Source: Gammaproteobacteria bacterium (GTDB lineage Bacteria; Pseudomonadota; Gammaproteobacteria; JACQPQ01). Taken from it: 64,000 nt of DNA. The stretch spans positions 7,445 through 71,444 of the forward strand of contig JACQPQ010000020.1 of NCBI GenBank assembly GCA_016207405.1. Reading direction: 5' to 3'. The position numbers were made by a program, and so were the translations under genes. This document shows positions 38,932 to 48,442 of this stretch, piece by piece; position 1 is the stretch's first letter; each line of letters starts with the position of its first letter. The notes beneath the pieces are model-generated. The model did no database searches. It was given only the letters and a program-made list of their open reading frames with translations, and was not told the DNA's origin.

Positions 38932-39964
38932 GAAAGAGTTCGGGTTCTTCTCTGGCTAATTGTTGATACCACTTAATGTATTGCACATAGCCCTTTTCTA
39001 ATGGGTATTGTGGCGCATAGCCCAATAATCGCCGGGCTTTATCAACACAAAGCGTTCCACGCTCCGGCATCAAATTATCCCGCGGATTATGGACCAACTC
39101 CAAATTAGGAAAATACTCATGCAACAAATGCGCCATCTCGACTATTTTCCTTGCACTCCCGTAGGTCATATTAAAAGTTTCATTTCTGGCTTCTGGCTTG
39201 ATAATGCAAAGTATCACCCCTTGTATTAAATCTTGAATATAAGTGAAATCCAATGCATCCGAACCGTCACCATTGACAGTCAAGGACTTACCACGAACTG
39301 CATTCTCAATAAATGCCTGCCCAACCCGCCGACTCACACAGCGTTCTCCATAGAGCGCAGAAGGCCGAACAATCGTGTAAGACGTCCCAAAAACTTGGTG
39401 ATAGCCGATAACCAATTTTTCGGCCCCATATTTAAGCGCACCATAAATACCCAAAGGATTGCAGTGGCGGTCCTCGGTAACTGCAGCACCTTCAAAATTA
39501 CCGTACACCATAGAGGAAGAAAAATAGATGACATGGAGATTTTGATCTCGTGTTGCATCCAGCACATTTTCTAGCGTTCGCATACTGTGATCAAAGGTTG
39601 AAAAAGGATCTTTGTTAGAACGATTAGCATGCGCGACCGCCGCAAGATGGATCACAACATTCGGCTTGATCAAACTTAAACATCGGCTCACCAAATGATA
39701 ATCCCGTATATCTATTACATGAAGCACAACTTTGGCTGCACGAAGTAACTCAAGTCTTTGATTGATGAGCTCAATATAAAAAGCACCCCTCGAATTGGCG
39801 GCAGTCCCACTGCTATATTCTCCAAGATTATTCACGCCAAGCCCATCAACCACATGAACTTCTGCACCCAATGATTTCAGTTTAAGCGCGAGATTGTGAC
39901 CAATAAACCCAGCCCCACCCATCAGAGCAATACACTTACCTTTCAAGACATTGACATCGAACAT
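38921..39964 (-). CDS. NAD-dependent epimerase/dehydratase (extended SDR)
   Basis: MGGAGFIGHNL Rossmann motif and a YxxxK site are present. Confidence 0.7.
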   Translation of the reverse strand: MFDVNVLKGKCIALMGGAGFIGHNLALKLKSLGAEVHVVDGLGVNNLGEYSSGTAANSRGAFYIELINQRLELLRAAKVVLHVIDIRDYHLVSRCLSLIKPNVVIHLAAVAHANRSNKDPFSTFDHSMRTLENVLDATRDQNLHVIYFSSSMVYGNFEGAAVTEDRHCNPLGIYGALKYGAEKLVIGYHQVFGTSYTIVRPSALYGERCVSRRVGQAFIENAVRGKSLTVNGDGSDALDFTYIQDLIQGVILCIIKPEARNETFNMTYGSARKIVEMAHLLHEYFPNLELVHNPRDNLMPERGTLCVDKARRLLGYAPQYPLEKGYVQYIKWYQQLAREEPELFREH

Positions 39965-41103
39965 GTCATCTCCTCCATAATCTTTTTTATTCCCCCAGCA
40001 ATTCTCTTCATATCGCGACTTCCCAAATGAGGCCCCACAGGGAGTGCAATCGACTGGCGAGAGAGCCTCGCCGCGTTTGGAAACTGTGTATCATCATAGC
40101 CATATTTATTTCGGTAATAACTCATATGAGGTACGGGCTGAGGATAATACACACTCGAACCAATGCCTTGAGTGGTAAGCAAGTCCATAATTTGTGCCCG
40201 TTTGGAAGCAAAACCATCGTCCAAAATAATAGCTAAGCAATAATGACAACTGGTAAGACGGCCCATGGGTGCTGGAAGTACTCTTAAACCATCGGTTGAC
40301 TCAAGATATTCTGAAAGTACTTGATGATTTTCAGCCCGTTTGGTAAGGAAGGTAGGCAGCTTTTTAACCTGCTCGATTCCAATAGCGGCATGAATTTCAC
40401 TCATACGATAGTTAAAGCCTAGTGTTATCACATCATACATACCCGGAACTTTCCGTTCCCCATGTGTACGGTCCACACCAAAAGCTTTTTTAAGTTTAAG
40501 CTGTTTGGCGAGTTCGCCATCGCGAAGAATAACCATTCCTCCCTCAGCAGTGGTGATATGTTTGACTGGATAGAAGGAGAATACCCCAGCATCACCCTGC
40601 AAACCGGTATGAACCCCATCCACTTTGGCACCCAAAGAAAGCGCACAGTCTTCCAATACAAAAAGGTTATGCCGCTTCGCAATGGCTAAAACTTGTCGCA
40701 TATCTACCGGCACACCAAGATAGTGAACAACGACAATCGCACGAGTGCGAGATGAAATGGCCGCTTCTATTTTAGAAATATCGATATTGCCTGTTTCAAG
40801 TTCCGAATCCACAAATACGGGCTTTGCACCTGTCAGCTCTACGGCATGCGCCGTTGCAACATGCGTTTGGGCCGGAACAATCACCTCATCTCCTGGGCCA
40901 TAACCCATTGCAAAATAGATAAGATGCATGCCTGCTGTACAGGAGGATACGGAAACAGCATGCGGTGCACCCGTAAATTCAGCAAACGCTTGTTCGAAAA
41001 TCGTGGCACGAGGCCCATGCACTAAAATAGATCCGTCCAAGACTTCACGAACAGCGTCTCGCTCTTCTTGCCCAATCATGGGAATAGCAAAGGGAATATT
41101 CAT
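39943..41103 (-). CDS. DegT-family sugar aminotransferase (PseC/LegC-like by context)
   Basis: 386 aa with the PLP fold-I sugar aminotransferase pattern. Confidence 0.75.
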   Translation of the reverse strand: MNIPFAIPMIGQEERDAVREVLDGSILVHGPRATIFEQAFAEFTGAPHAVSVSSCTAGMHLIYFAMGYGPGDEVIVPAQTHVATAHAVELTGAKPVFVDSELETGNIDISKIEAAISSRTRAIVVVHYLGVPVDMRQVLAIAKRHNLFVLEDCALSLGAKVDGVHTGLQGDAGVFSFYPVKHITTAEGGMVILRDGELAKQLKLKKAFGVDRTHGERKVPGMYDVITLGFNYRMSEIHAAIGIEQVKKLPTFLTKRAENHQVLSEYLESTDGLRVLPAPMGRLTSCHYCLAIILDDGFASKRAQIMDLLTTQGIGSSVYYPQPVPHMSYYRNKYGYDDTQFPNAARLSRQSIALPVGPHLGSRDMKRIAGGIKKIMEEMTCSMSMS

Positions 41104-41107
41104 AGTC

Positions 41108-42118
41108 TCAAATATATTGCACTTTTATTTTTTTTGAAGCACTGCCCGCTTTTTCAATCGCAAAACAGACGGACATCGCACGAAAAACATCTTCTGCAGT
41201 CACGTCCATCAAAAAAGAAGGCTCCATAATAGACCGGGTAAAATTCTCAATCAAATCGCTTTTAGCTACTCCAGGATAAGGTGTGTCTATTGCAGAAGGA
41301 TCCTCTTTGCCACTCTGATATAACCATGCGCCTTTTGGCGTGTTTTCAAACGTAGCCGCAGTACCATACACGGAAAGTTTATGAAAATGAGGGTAAACAC
41401 ACCCAAAATTAGCCGTTACCTTTCCTACCCCTCCACTTTTAAATTGGATAATACTGACGACCATATCGTGATATCGAAAAGACGACCCTTCGGTAGACCG
41501 TTTATTTCCAAATGCGGACACTTCCACAATGTCCTCCTCAACCAACCAAAGCAGTAAATCAATGATATGAACGCCCCCTCCATACACAACAGAATAAAAA
41601 GGAAGGCTTCCTCGCCATCCTTCTGTTATTTTGTGCAAACGACCATAATTGTAATCTCCTTCTATATAAAAAATTTTTCCTAAAACACCCGACTGTATTT
41701 TTTGTTTTAAATCGATAAATCGAGGAGACTTTCTCAAAATGAGATTGGAGGAAAGTTTTAAATGGGGCTTGGCATTGAGTTGTTGCCGTATTCTACAAGC
41801 CTCTTCCTCAAATAAGCACAATGGCTTCTCAACAAAAACATGCTTGTTGTTTTGTAACGCCTGCACAATCTGATCAGCATGATAATTATCATAGGAAGCA
41901 ATGGATATCACATCAATATTTGGATCACTTAAAATATCTTCCGCATGCGTGATTAAACGACGGATTTTCCAACGTGAACCTACCGCTTGGAGTTTTTGGG
42001 GATCAAAATCACACAGTGCTTCAACTGTGCAATGAGGGGCCTTCCTATACCCCTCAATATGCTGCTCTCCTACACCCAACCCAATGATCCCAACTCTTAA
42101 GGCTGTTTTATTTCTCAT
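41108..42118 (-). CDS. Gfo/Idh/MocA family oxidoreductase
   Basis: N-terminal Rossmann motif VGIIGLGVGEQH is present. Confidence 0.7.
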   Translation of the reverse strand: MRNKTALRVGIIGLGVGEQHIEGYRKAPHCTVEALCDFDPQKLQAVGSRWKIRRLITHAEDILSDPNIDVISIASYDNYHADQIVQALQNNKHVFVEKPLCLFEEEACRIRQQLNAKPHLKLSSNLILRKSPRFIDLKQKIQSGVLGKIFYIEGDYNYGRLHKITEGWRGSLPFYSVVYGGGVHIIDLLLWLVEEDIVEVSAFGNKRSTEGSSFRYHDMVVSIIQFKSGGVGKVTANFGCVYPHFHKLSVYGTAATFENTPKGAWLYQSGKEDPSAIDTPYPGVAKSDLIENFTRSIMEPSFLMDVTAEDVFRAMSVCFAIEKAGSASKKIKVQYI

Positions 42119-42818
42119 GACTCAAAATCTCATGATAGAGTCCCACAACTTCTAGCCATGTATATTGCCAATGTGGTTTATTCATTTTCTCCACTATTTT
42201 TTGGATGAGTTTCAAGTCGCCGACTGTGTCTACAGAAAGATGTATGTTATGGCATGGTAGTTCGGCTGTAAAAGGTTGAATGTTAAAGGAAGGAGCCTGT
42301 TGATAACAGTAGCGCGTGACATGCTCCTGATCTTCTGGATCACGTAGAAGAGCGTACACTTCTCGAAACACTGAACTTTTCATCACCTCTACAGATTGGC
42401 CAGAAGGAAAGGTTCGGGTTTGAACATTCGTAACCAAATCAGGCTTATGTTGTAAAAATATTTCGATTGCCTGCTCGACTAAACGAAAATCGAGCAAAGG
42501 GCTATCTCCACATATACGGACAAAACCGTAGGGGGCATAAGTTTGCAGAATACTGTAATAGCGAGAAGCAACATTCGTCAATTCCCCTCTCCAGCAGGCT
42601 ATACCGCTTTGTTCACAAAATTCAAAAATAGGATCATCGCTTCTTTCTATGGAAGTCGTCACAATAATAGTCTCTAGTTTTTTAACTTGCTTCAGCGAAT
42701 CAAGCAAATACTGCAGCAAAGATTTCCCGTGAATGAGATACAGCACTTTTCCAGGCAATCGCTTTGAACTCATCCTGGCTTGTACAATCGCAATGATTGG
42801 AAAATGATCGTGAGTCAT
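42108..42818 (-). CDS. CMP-nonulosonic acid synthetase-like cytidylyltransferase (NeuA/PseF family)
   Basis: IAIVQARMSSKRLPGK matches the CMP-NeuAc / CMP-Kdo synthetase N-terminal motif. Confidence 0.65.
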   Translation of the reverse strand: MTHDHFPIIAIVQARMSSKRLPGKVLYLIHGKSLLQYLLDSLKQVKKLETIIVTTSIERSDDPIFEFCEQSGIACWRGELTNVASRYYSILQTYAPYGFVRICGDSPLLDFRLVEQAIEIFLQHKPDLVTNVQTRTFPSGQSVEVMKSSVFREVYALLRDPEDQEHVTRYCYQQAPSFNIQPFTAELPCHNIHLSVDTVGDLKLIQKIVEKMNKPHWQYTWLEVVGLYHEILSHEK

Positions 42819-42905
42819 TGGTCATTTAGCCACAAGGGAGCACCTCGCAAAAGAAACTATAAGATATGCTAAAATGAAACTCTATTTTCAGCAATTCTAT
42901 TTCCT

Positions 42906-44345
42906 ATGATTAAACATTCTATTCCATTAAAATGGATCCTAATCCCTGTCGAAATTAAGCCACGTGAATTTGATGCACGACTGTTACTCAGTTGTTTTGC
43001 TGCGGAATCGGGATATAGCGTTATTTTAGGCAAAAGTTCCACTCTTCATAAACATCTTAAGCAGCTTCCAAAGGGTGTATATCTTTCTAAAAGCCTTTCA
43101 CCAGGCAGTCTACCATACATCCAACACGTCACACGATTAGGGCATTTGGTTACAAGCTTAGATGAAGAGGGGGTGGGAGGCTATCTGGGAAAATATTACG
43201 CACAAACGAGACTGACACACGATATTCTTCCCTACATATCCCATATTTTTACATGGGGAAAAGAAGACACCAAAGCATTTTCAGAATGCTTTCCCGAATC
43301 TAAAGAAAAAATAGTCATTTCTGGAAATCCTCGCATCGATCTATGGAGAAAAGAATTTCGAGAAATTTATAAACCACAAGTTCAAAAGTTACGAAATCAA
43401 TATGGTCAATATATCTTGTTTCCTTCTAATTTTTGGACATCCAGTCATGTCAATGGTCCAAATTTTGTATGGGAACAAGCTCGAAAATATGGCTTAAACT
43501 CAGAACAGAGTAATGAAAAGTTTTTGAGAGAACAATCGCATTATGTGGAATCCAATTACCAAAAAATCCTTGAAACGCTTCCCCTATTGGCTTCTGAAAT
43601 AAAAAATCACCGACTTATCATCAGACCTCATCCCGTAGAAAGTCATAAACCATGGCAAGAATTAGAAAAAAAAGCCCCCAACATAAAGGTGATATATGAA
43701 GGGGGAATAACCCCCTGGATTTTGGGAGCAGATCTTATTATTCATCATGGATGCACCACTGGCATCGAAAGTTTTTTCCTAGAGGTTCCGTCCATCGCCT
43801 ATTTGCCTTTTCAAGACGCAAAGTTTGACCCCCATCTCGCAAATTTATTGTCCTGGGCAAAAGTCTATGATTTTAATTCATTGAAAAATAGCGTCTTATC
43901 CCTTTTGGGAAATAAATTAGAACACCCTTATGCACATTTAAACGAACCTCAGACTATTGCCAAAGAAAATTTTGCTTCTATAGAGGAGGGTTTGTTTGCC
44001 TCAGATAAAATAATAGAAACCATTCACACTCTCCCTTTAACAAAAGAGCGTTTATGTTTTTCCCCCACTCCTCGCTGGGCTAAAGTGAGCGGACAAACTC
44101 TCAAAGGACTCAAAGAATATTTCATCCCAGAAAAAATACGTGTTGCAACCAAAAAACTATTCAAAAAAAAATATGTGCGTCAAAGCAAGCTATATACAGA
44201 GCAAAAGTTTCCAAGAACAACCCTGGAGGAAGCTCAAATATTTTTAAATCAGGCAAGAAATGTAGCTAACCGCTTTTATGCTGTCCAAGCTTGCCAGCTT
44301 GAAGAAAATTTATTTTGCCTTTTTCCAAAAGGAAGCGTTCAATAA
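42906..44345 (+). CDS. capsule-polysaccharide-biosynthesis (KpsS/KpsC-like) protein, putative CMP-ulosonic-acid-dependent glycosyltransferase
   Basis: 479 aa. The C-terminal pattern LIIRPHP...IHHGCTTGIESFFLEVPSIAY resembles KpsS/KpsC. It is transcribed divergently from the cytidylyltransferase. Confidence 0.35.
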   Translation: MIKHSIPLKWILIPVEIKPREFDARLLLSCFAAESGYSVILGKSSTLHKHLKQLPKGVYLSKSLSPGSLPYIQHVTRLGHLVTSLDEEGVGGYLGKYYAQTRLTHDILPYISHIFTWGKEDTKAFSECFPESKEKIVISGNPRIDLWRKEFREIYKPQVQKLRNQYGQYILFPSNFWTSSHVNGPNFVWEQARKYGLNSEQSNEKFLREQSHYVESNYQKILETLPLLASEIKNHRLIIRPHPVESHKPWQELEKKAPNIKVIYEGGITPWILGADLIIHHGCTTGIESFFLEVPSIAYLPFQDAKFDPHLANLLSWAKVYDFNSLKNSVLSLLGNKLEHPYAHLNEPQTIAKENFASIEEGLFASDKIIETIHTLPLTKERLCFSPTPRWAKVSGQTLKGLKEYFIPEKIRVATKKLFKKKYVRQSKLYTEQKFPRTTLEEAQIFLNQARNVANRFYAVQACQLEENLFCLFPKGSVQ

Positions 44346-44370
44346 AATGCATCAACATTTTTAACATCCT

Positions 44371-45492
44371 GTGACTCTTTTATTCTGCATTTTTAAATAC
44401 TTCCCCTATGGCGGTCTGCAACGTTCTTTCTTGAATATCGCGAAAGAATCTCAAAAGCGTGGTTATTCTATCGATGTATGCACCCTGTCTTGGCAAGGAG
44501 ATATTTTCCCTTTTTTGAATGTCATGATTGTTCCCACGAGAAGTTTCACAAACCATGGAAAGGCTATTGCCTTTGCCCGCTTCGTCCAGAAACAAAAGCT
44601 GAAAAAACCTTATGCGCTGGTCATTGGATTTAACAAAATACCGGGATGTGACGTTTATTATGCAGGTGACACGTGCCTTGCCGAAAGACTAAAAAATAAA
44701 TATGCCTTATCTCTCCTCTTGCCACGATATAGAATTTATTCTCAATTTGAGCAGTCTGTTTTCAACAAACAAGGCTATACTCATATTTTCTTCATTTCAG
44801 AACGATCTAAAGCCTCTTATGTCCATCACTACCAAACTCCTGAAGACAGATTGCACTTACTCCCTCCAGGTATAAACCGTAACTGCATACCCTCTCAGAA
44901 TCAAGAAAACATTAGAAATCAATTACGAAAAAAGCTAGGTGTTCAAGAAGATATTTTTTTATTGCTATTCGTGGGTTCTGGGTTTAAAACGAAAGGTCTT
45001 GATAGAGCTCTTCTCGCCATTTCTGCTTTACCCATCACACTTAAACAAAAAGTCTTCTTCGTGGTCATTGGAGAAGACAACCCAAAACCCTTTTTAAAAC
45101 TGATACGGAAAATAGATTTAATAGAGAAGGTTCAAATATTTCAAGGAAGAAACGATATCCCCTTGTTTTTATGGGGCTCTGATCTTCTCATCCATCCTGC
45201 CTATCATGAAACCGCAGGCGCTATCCTCCTCGAAGCCATGCTCGCCGGCCTTCCGGTTTTGACCACAGATACTTGCGGTTTTAGTCACTATGTCGAGGAA
45301 GCCAATGCGGGAAAAGTGGTGCCCTCCCCTTTTGCTCAAGAGCTCCTCAATCAATATCTCATTGAAATGCTCACCTCCCCTGAACGAGAAACCTGGAAAA
45401 AAAATGGATTGCGGCTTGCCGAAAACCCCAATCTCTTTAATCGCGCCGAAAAAGCGGCGGACTTAATAGAAGCTATTGCGAAAAAGCCCTAA
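44371..45492 (+). CDS. family 4 glycosyltransferase (Glycos_transf_1, WaaG-like)
   Basis: GT-B C-terminal motif region ETAGAILLEAMLAGLPVLTTD is present. Confidence 0.7.
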   Translation: MTLLFCIFKYFPYGGLQRSFLNIAKESQKRGYSIDVCTLSWQGDIFPFLNVMIVPTRSFTNHGKAIAFARFVQKQKLKKPYALVIGFNKIPGCDVYYAGDTCLAERLKNKYALSLLLPRYRIYSQFEQSVFNKQGYTHIFFISERSKASYVHHYQTPEDRLHLLPPGINRNCIPSQNQENIRNQLRKKLGVQEDIFLLLFVGSGFKTKGLDRALLAISALPITLKQKVFFVVIGEDNPKPFLKLIRKIDLIEKVQIFQGRNDIPLFLWGSDLLIHPAYHETAGAILLEAMLAGLPVLTTDTCGFSHYVEEANAGKVVPSPFAQELLNQYLIEMLTSPERETWKKNGLRLAENPNLFNRAEKAADLIEAIAKKP

Positions 45493-46337
45493 CTCTCTCC
45501 CGCTTTAGTTACTGTATTAAGCTCTTGCAATGAAAGATGATTTTCTGAAGAAATCACCTTTTTACCCGTTTTAGCTTCCAATTCTAATCTGGCTTTTTGG
45601 GCAATGTTGCCACCTGTTTTACCTGCGGCTTTGTTTTCTTTCATTCCTTTGGCGTTAGTGGTTTCTGCAATTTGTCGAGTGGATAATTCTGCAAGCGCAG
45701 TAAAAATCAGCTCGGCTTCATTCATGTGATCGCGTAAATTCTGAGTCTTTAAGCCTTTGAGGTTTTTGTGTTCTTTGACACTGACTTCCGCCCATTCTTG
45801 ATGAATGATATTGGTAAGAATCGCAAATTCATCGCCTTCTTTGATATCGTGATTTTTCCAGTAATCAGTGAGTTTATTACGGGTTTCCTGCCCCATCATC
45901 CGTTGCTGTATCCACTTTTCACTGAGTCCATATTGTTTCCAGGTGGTTCTGGCTCTATTCAGTGATTTTTCAGGATCGGCCATTTCTTGCATGCGCTCAT
46001 AGCCCACTTTAGCCAACCATAGTTTGATAGGTTCCGCTTTTGGGCTGGGTATGGATTGAATCAGTCGCAACAGAATTTCAGCGTTGGCAACATCAGTCAG
46101 GTATTTTTTGCCGTCAGCTGCTTCTAATTTCAGTCGGTGACAATTTGTCACCGACTCACTACCTTCTTTGGTTAATCGTTCTTTTAGCTTATTCCAATAT
46201 TTTCTGGCTGTCTGATAATCCGACTGTTGAATCAATGCGCGGACAATATCGACCACTGAAAACAACCAGGTTTCAGTTTTTTCATCATAAAGGCGACGAA
46301 TTTTATAATCTTCAAAAATGGCTAGGTTGTTTTTCAT
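45489..46337 (-). CDS. DinD-like DNA-damage-inducible protein (Bro-N domain)
   Basis: 282 aa with an N-terminal Bro-N-like region. The C-terminal region (KGLKTQNLRDHMNEAELIFTAL...) parallels E. coli DinD. Confidence 0.55.
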   Translation of the reverse strand: MKNNLAIFEDYKIRRLYDEKTETWLFSVVDIVRALIQQSDYQTARKYWNKLKERLTKEGSESVTNCHRLKLEAADGKKYLTDVANAEILLRLIQSIPSPKAEPIKLWLAKVGYERMQEMADPEKSLNRARTTWKQYGLSEKWIQQRMMGQETRNKLTDYWKNHDIKEGDEFAILTNIIHQEWAEVSVKEHKNLKGLKTQNLRDHMNEAELIFTALAELSTRQIAETTNAKGMKENKAAGKTGGNIAQKARLELEAKTGKKVISSENHLSLQELNTVTKAGES

Positions 46338-46513
46338 GGTGGCTCCTTCTGGAGGGATGCATTATAACCTACAATCTCTATTAGTCGCTCTGAAAAAGTG
46401 GCTGACTTAACAGAAACTATACTGCGAAAAAATATTCGTAACCTAATTGCTTAACCTTATCTTCTTGTTCTATAATTAACACGTATTAAATTTATTAATA
46501 CCACGTTATAAAA

Positions 46514-47539
46514 ATGCCCCCCAAGCACCCAAATTCTGTTGTCAAACATTATTTGATTAAGCATCTTTCTCAATATCCAAAAACTATCGTTTCACAAGCA
46601 GCTGATTCTCTAGGAGTCACACGCACAACGGTACATCGGCATCTCAATGATTTGTTAGAGCAGGGGGAGATAATTAAAACAGGCAAAAAGAAAGGGTGTC
46701 GTTATTACCTCAAAAAGGAGCGAAATAAATCGCTCATTTTTCCCATCACACCCAACCTCGATGAATTTGAAGTCTGGAAAGCATATTTTTGGGATAACTT
46801 TAAAGAAACAAATTCTAACATTTTCGAGATCTCTGAATATGGTTTTACAGAAATCTTAAATAATGCCATTGAACACGCCCGTGCAAGAACAGTCCGTATT
46901 TCCTCAAACTGGCAGAAAGACAAGGTTGGTTTAATAATACAGGACGATGGAATCGGTATTTTTAAAAATATTCAATTGGCTTTTCAGTTCACTGAAATAA
47001 AAGAAAGCATATTGGAAATAACTAAGGGAAAGGTCACCACAGATCCTTCGCATCATACCGGTGAAGGATTGTTTTTTACGAGTCGTGCTTTTGACAGCTG
47101 TTCCATCAAAGCAAATGGGTTATTGTTTTTACGAGATAATCTAGAACAAGATTGGTTTGTTCAAACAGTTGATGAAAGTGCCGGAACATCTGTTTCTCTT
47201 TCTATTGCTTTAGATAGTCAAAGAAGCTTGCCTGCTTTATTTCGTCAGTATCAAACGCATAAAACCCTCGAATTTTCGAAAACGGATATTCCTGTTCAGT
47301 TAGTCATATTAGAAGGAGAACATTTGATCTCACGGTCTCAAGCCAAGCGGATTTTAAGAGGTCTTGAGCAGTTTAAAACCATTCGGCTGGATTTTAAAAA
47401 AGTAGACATTGTGGGGCAGGGCTTTGTAGATGAAATATTTAGGGTGTTTATTCGCCAATATCCTCATATCAAAATAGAATTTTGTAATGCAAACTCCGAT
47501 GTTCAGTTTATGATTGAAAGGGGGATCCCAAAAAATTAG
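46514..47539 (+). CDS. fused HTH - histidine-kinase-like ATPase (RsbW-like) - STAS-like (DUF4325-type) protein
   Basis: Winged-helix HTH at residues 25-65. HATPase_c N-box (NNAIEHA), G1 (DDGIGI) and G2 (GEGLFF) are present. The C-terminal ~75 aa is STAS/DUF4325-like. Confidence 0.5.
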   Translation: MPPKHPNSVVKHYLIKHLSQYPKTIVSQAADSLGVTRTTVHRHLNDLLEQGEIIKTGKKKGCRYYLKKERNKSLIFPITPNLDEFEVWKAYFWDNFKETNSNIFEISEYGFTEILNNAIEHARARTVRISSNWQKDKVGLIIQDDGIGIFKNIQLAFQFTEIKESILEITKGKVTTDPSHHTGEGLFFTSRAFDSCSIKANGLLFLRDNLEQDWFVQTVDESAGTSVSLSIALDSQRSLPALFRQYQTHKTLEFSKTDIPVQLVILEGEHLISRSQAKRILRGLEQFKTIRLDFKKVDIVGQGFVDEIFRVFIRQYPHIKIEFCNANSDVQFMIERGIPKN

Positions 47540-47545
47540 TTTGTG
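47311..47545. repeat. direct repeat copy 1 (3' end of the regulator gene)
   Basis: About 235 bp that are ~97% identical to 48460-48695. Confidence 0.85.
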
Positions 47546-47695
47546 GTCGATTGGGGGCAATTCCGAGATTCCGGGGATACTATGCTAAGGGCCTGATTTT
47601 AAAGCATTCTATTACTCTGGGTTTCCCTGAAATTTTGGGAAGATACAGAATTTCCCTGCCCATTTTTTGACAGGATATAAAAAGCGCTATACTTT

Positions 47696-47983
47696 GTGAG
47701 CATGAACTGTAGAAATTTCATTTTCAGTGGACATGCTGTTCGCAGAATATTTGCACGAGATCTTCGTCACAAAGACGTAAAGGACGTAATAAAAAATGGT
47801 GCGGTGATTGCGGAATATTGGGATGACAAACTCTACCCCAGCTTTCTGATATTGGGCTTTGTAAATAAGCAGCCGTTGCATGTCGTTGTGGCGAAAGACA
47901 AAAAAAACAATACTTGTTACGTTGTGACAGCATATACCCCTAATCTGAATATTTGGGAAAAAAACTTTAAAGTGAGGAAATAA
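47696..47983 (+). CDS. DUF4258 family toxin-like protein
   Basis: 95 aa matching the DUF4258 pattern (GHAVRRIFARDL...PLHVVVA...VVTAYTPNLNIWEKNFKVRK). Confidence 0.55.
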   Translation: MSMNCRNFIFSGHAVRRIFARDLRHKDVKDVIKNGAVIAEYWDDKLYPSFLILGFVNKQPLHVVVAKDKKNNTCYVVTAYTPNLNIWEKNFKVRK

Positions 47984-47986
47984 CCT

Positions 47987-48211
47987 ATGAAATGTGTCAT
48001 TTGCAAACAAGGGTGCACAAAATCAGGAAATGGTACGTTTACTTTAGAACGTGAAGACACTATTGTCATTTTCAAGCAAGTTCCCGCGGACATTTGTGAA
48101 AACTGTGGCGAGTACTTTTTTAAAGATGAAATTGCAGAAAAATTATTGAAGCAATCAGAATCTGCCTTGAAAAAAGGCGCGGAGGTTGAAATTTTACGGT
48201 TTGCTGCCTAA
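47987..48211 (+). CDS. YgiT/MqsA-type zinc-ribbon antitoxin-like protein
   Basis: 74 aa with the CxxC...CxxC zinc ribbon (MKCVICKQG...CENCGEYFF). It lies 3 bp after the DUF4258 gene, the usual partner arrangement. Confidence 0.55.
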   Translation: MKCVICKQGCTKSGNGTFTLEREDTIVIFKQVPADICENCGEYFFKDEIAEKLLKQSESALKKGAEVEILRFAA

Positions 48212-48300
48212 GGGCCTGTAAAGGAATAACTTTGGGGACGAGCAGTTACGAAAAATCAATGCCTATCTCAAAAGTGACTATTGCATTATTTTCAACAGAT

Positions 48301-48384
48301 GTAGGCATGGCCTGAGCCATGCTAAGGCCAGCGAATAAACGCACATATTTTTTTGCCGGCCACGCTTGCGCATAGGCCGGCCTA
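48301..48384. repeat. inverted pair of REP-like units (REPIN-like doublet)
   Basis: gtaggcatggcctgagccatgc (48301-48322) faces gccggccacgcttgcgcataggccggcctac (48354-48384). Each is a palindrome with a GTAGG/CCTAC head, in opposite orientations. Confidence 0.45.
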
Positions 48385-48442
48385 CTTCAATACGAGTATT
48401 TGAGATAAGCATTTAAAAATCAATTCGTTAAAACCTCAAATT

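Noticed and set aside
46338-46513. LexA/SOS box upstream of the DinD-like gene
   Set aside because: No CTGT-N8-ACAG-type motif is present. Only a weak A/T-rich imperfect palindrome (gtattaaatttattaatac) is found near the regulator gene start.
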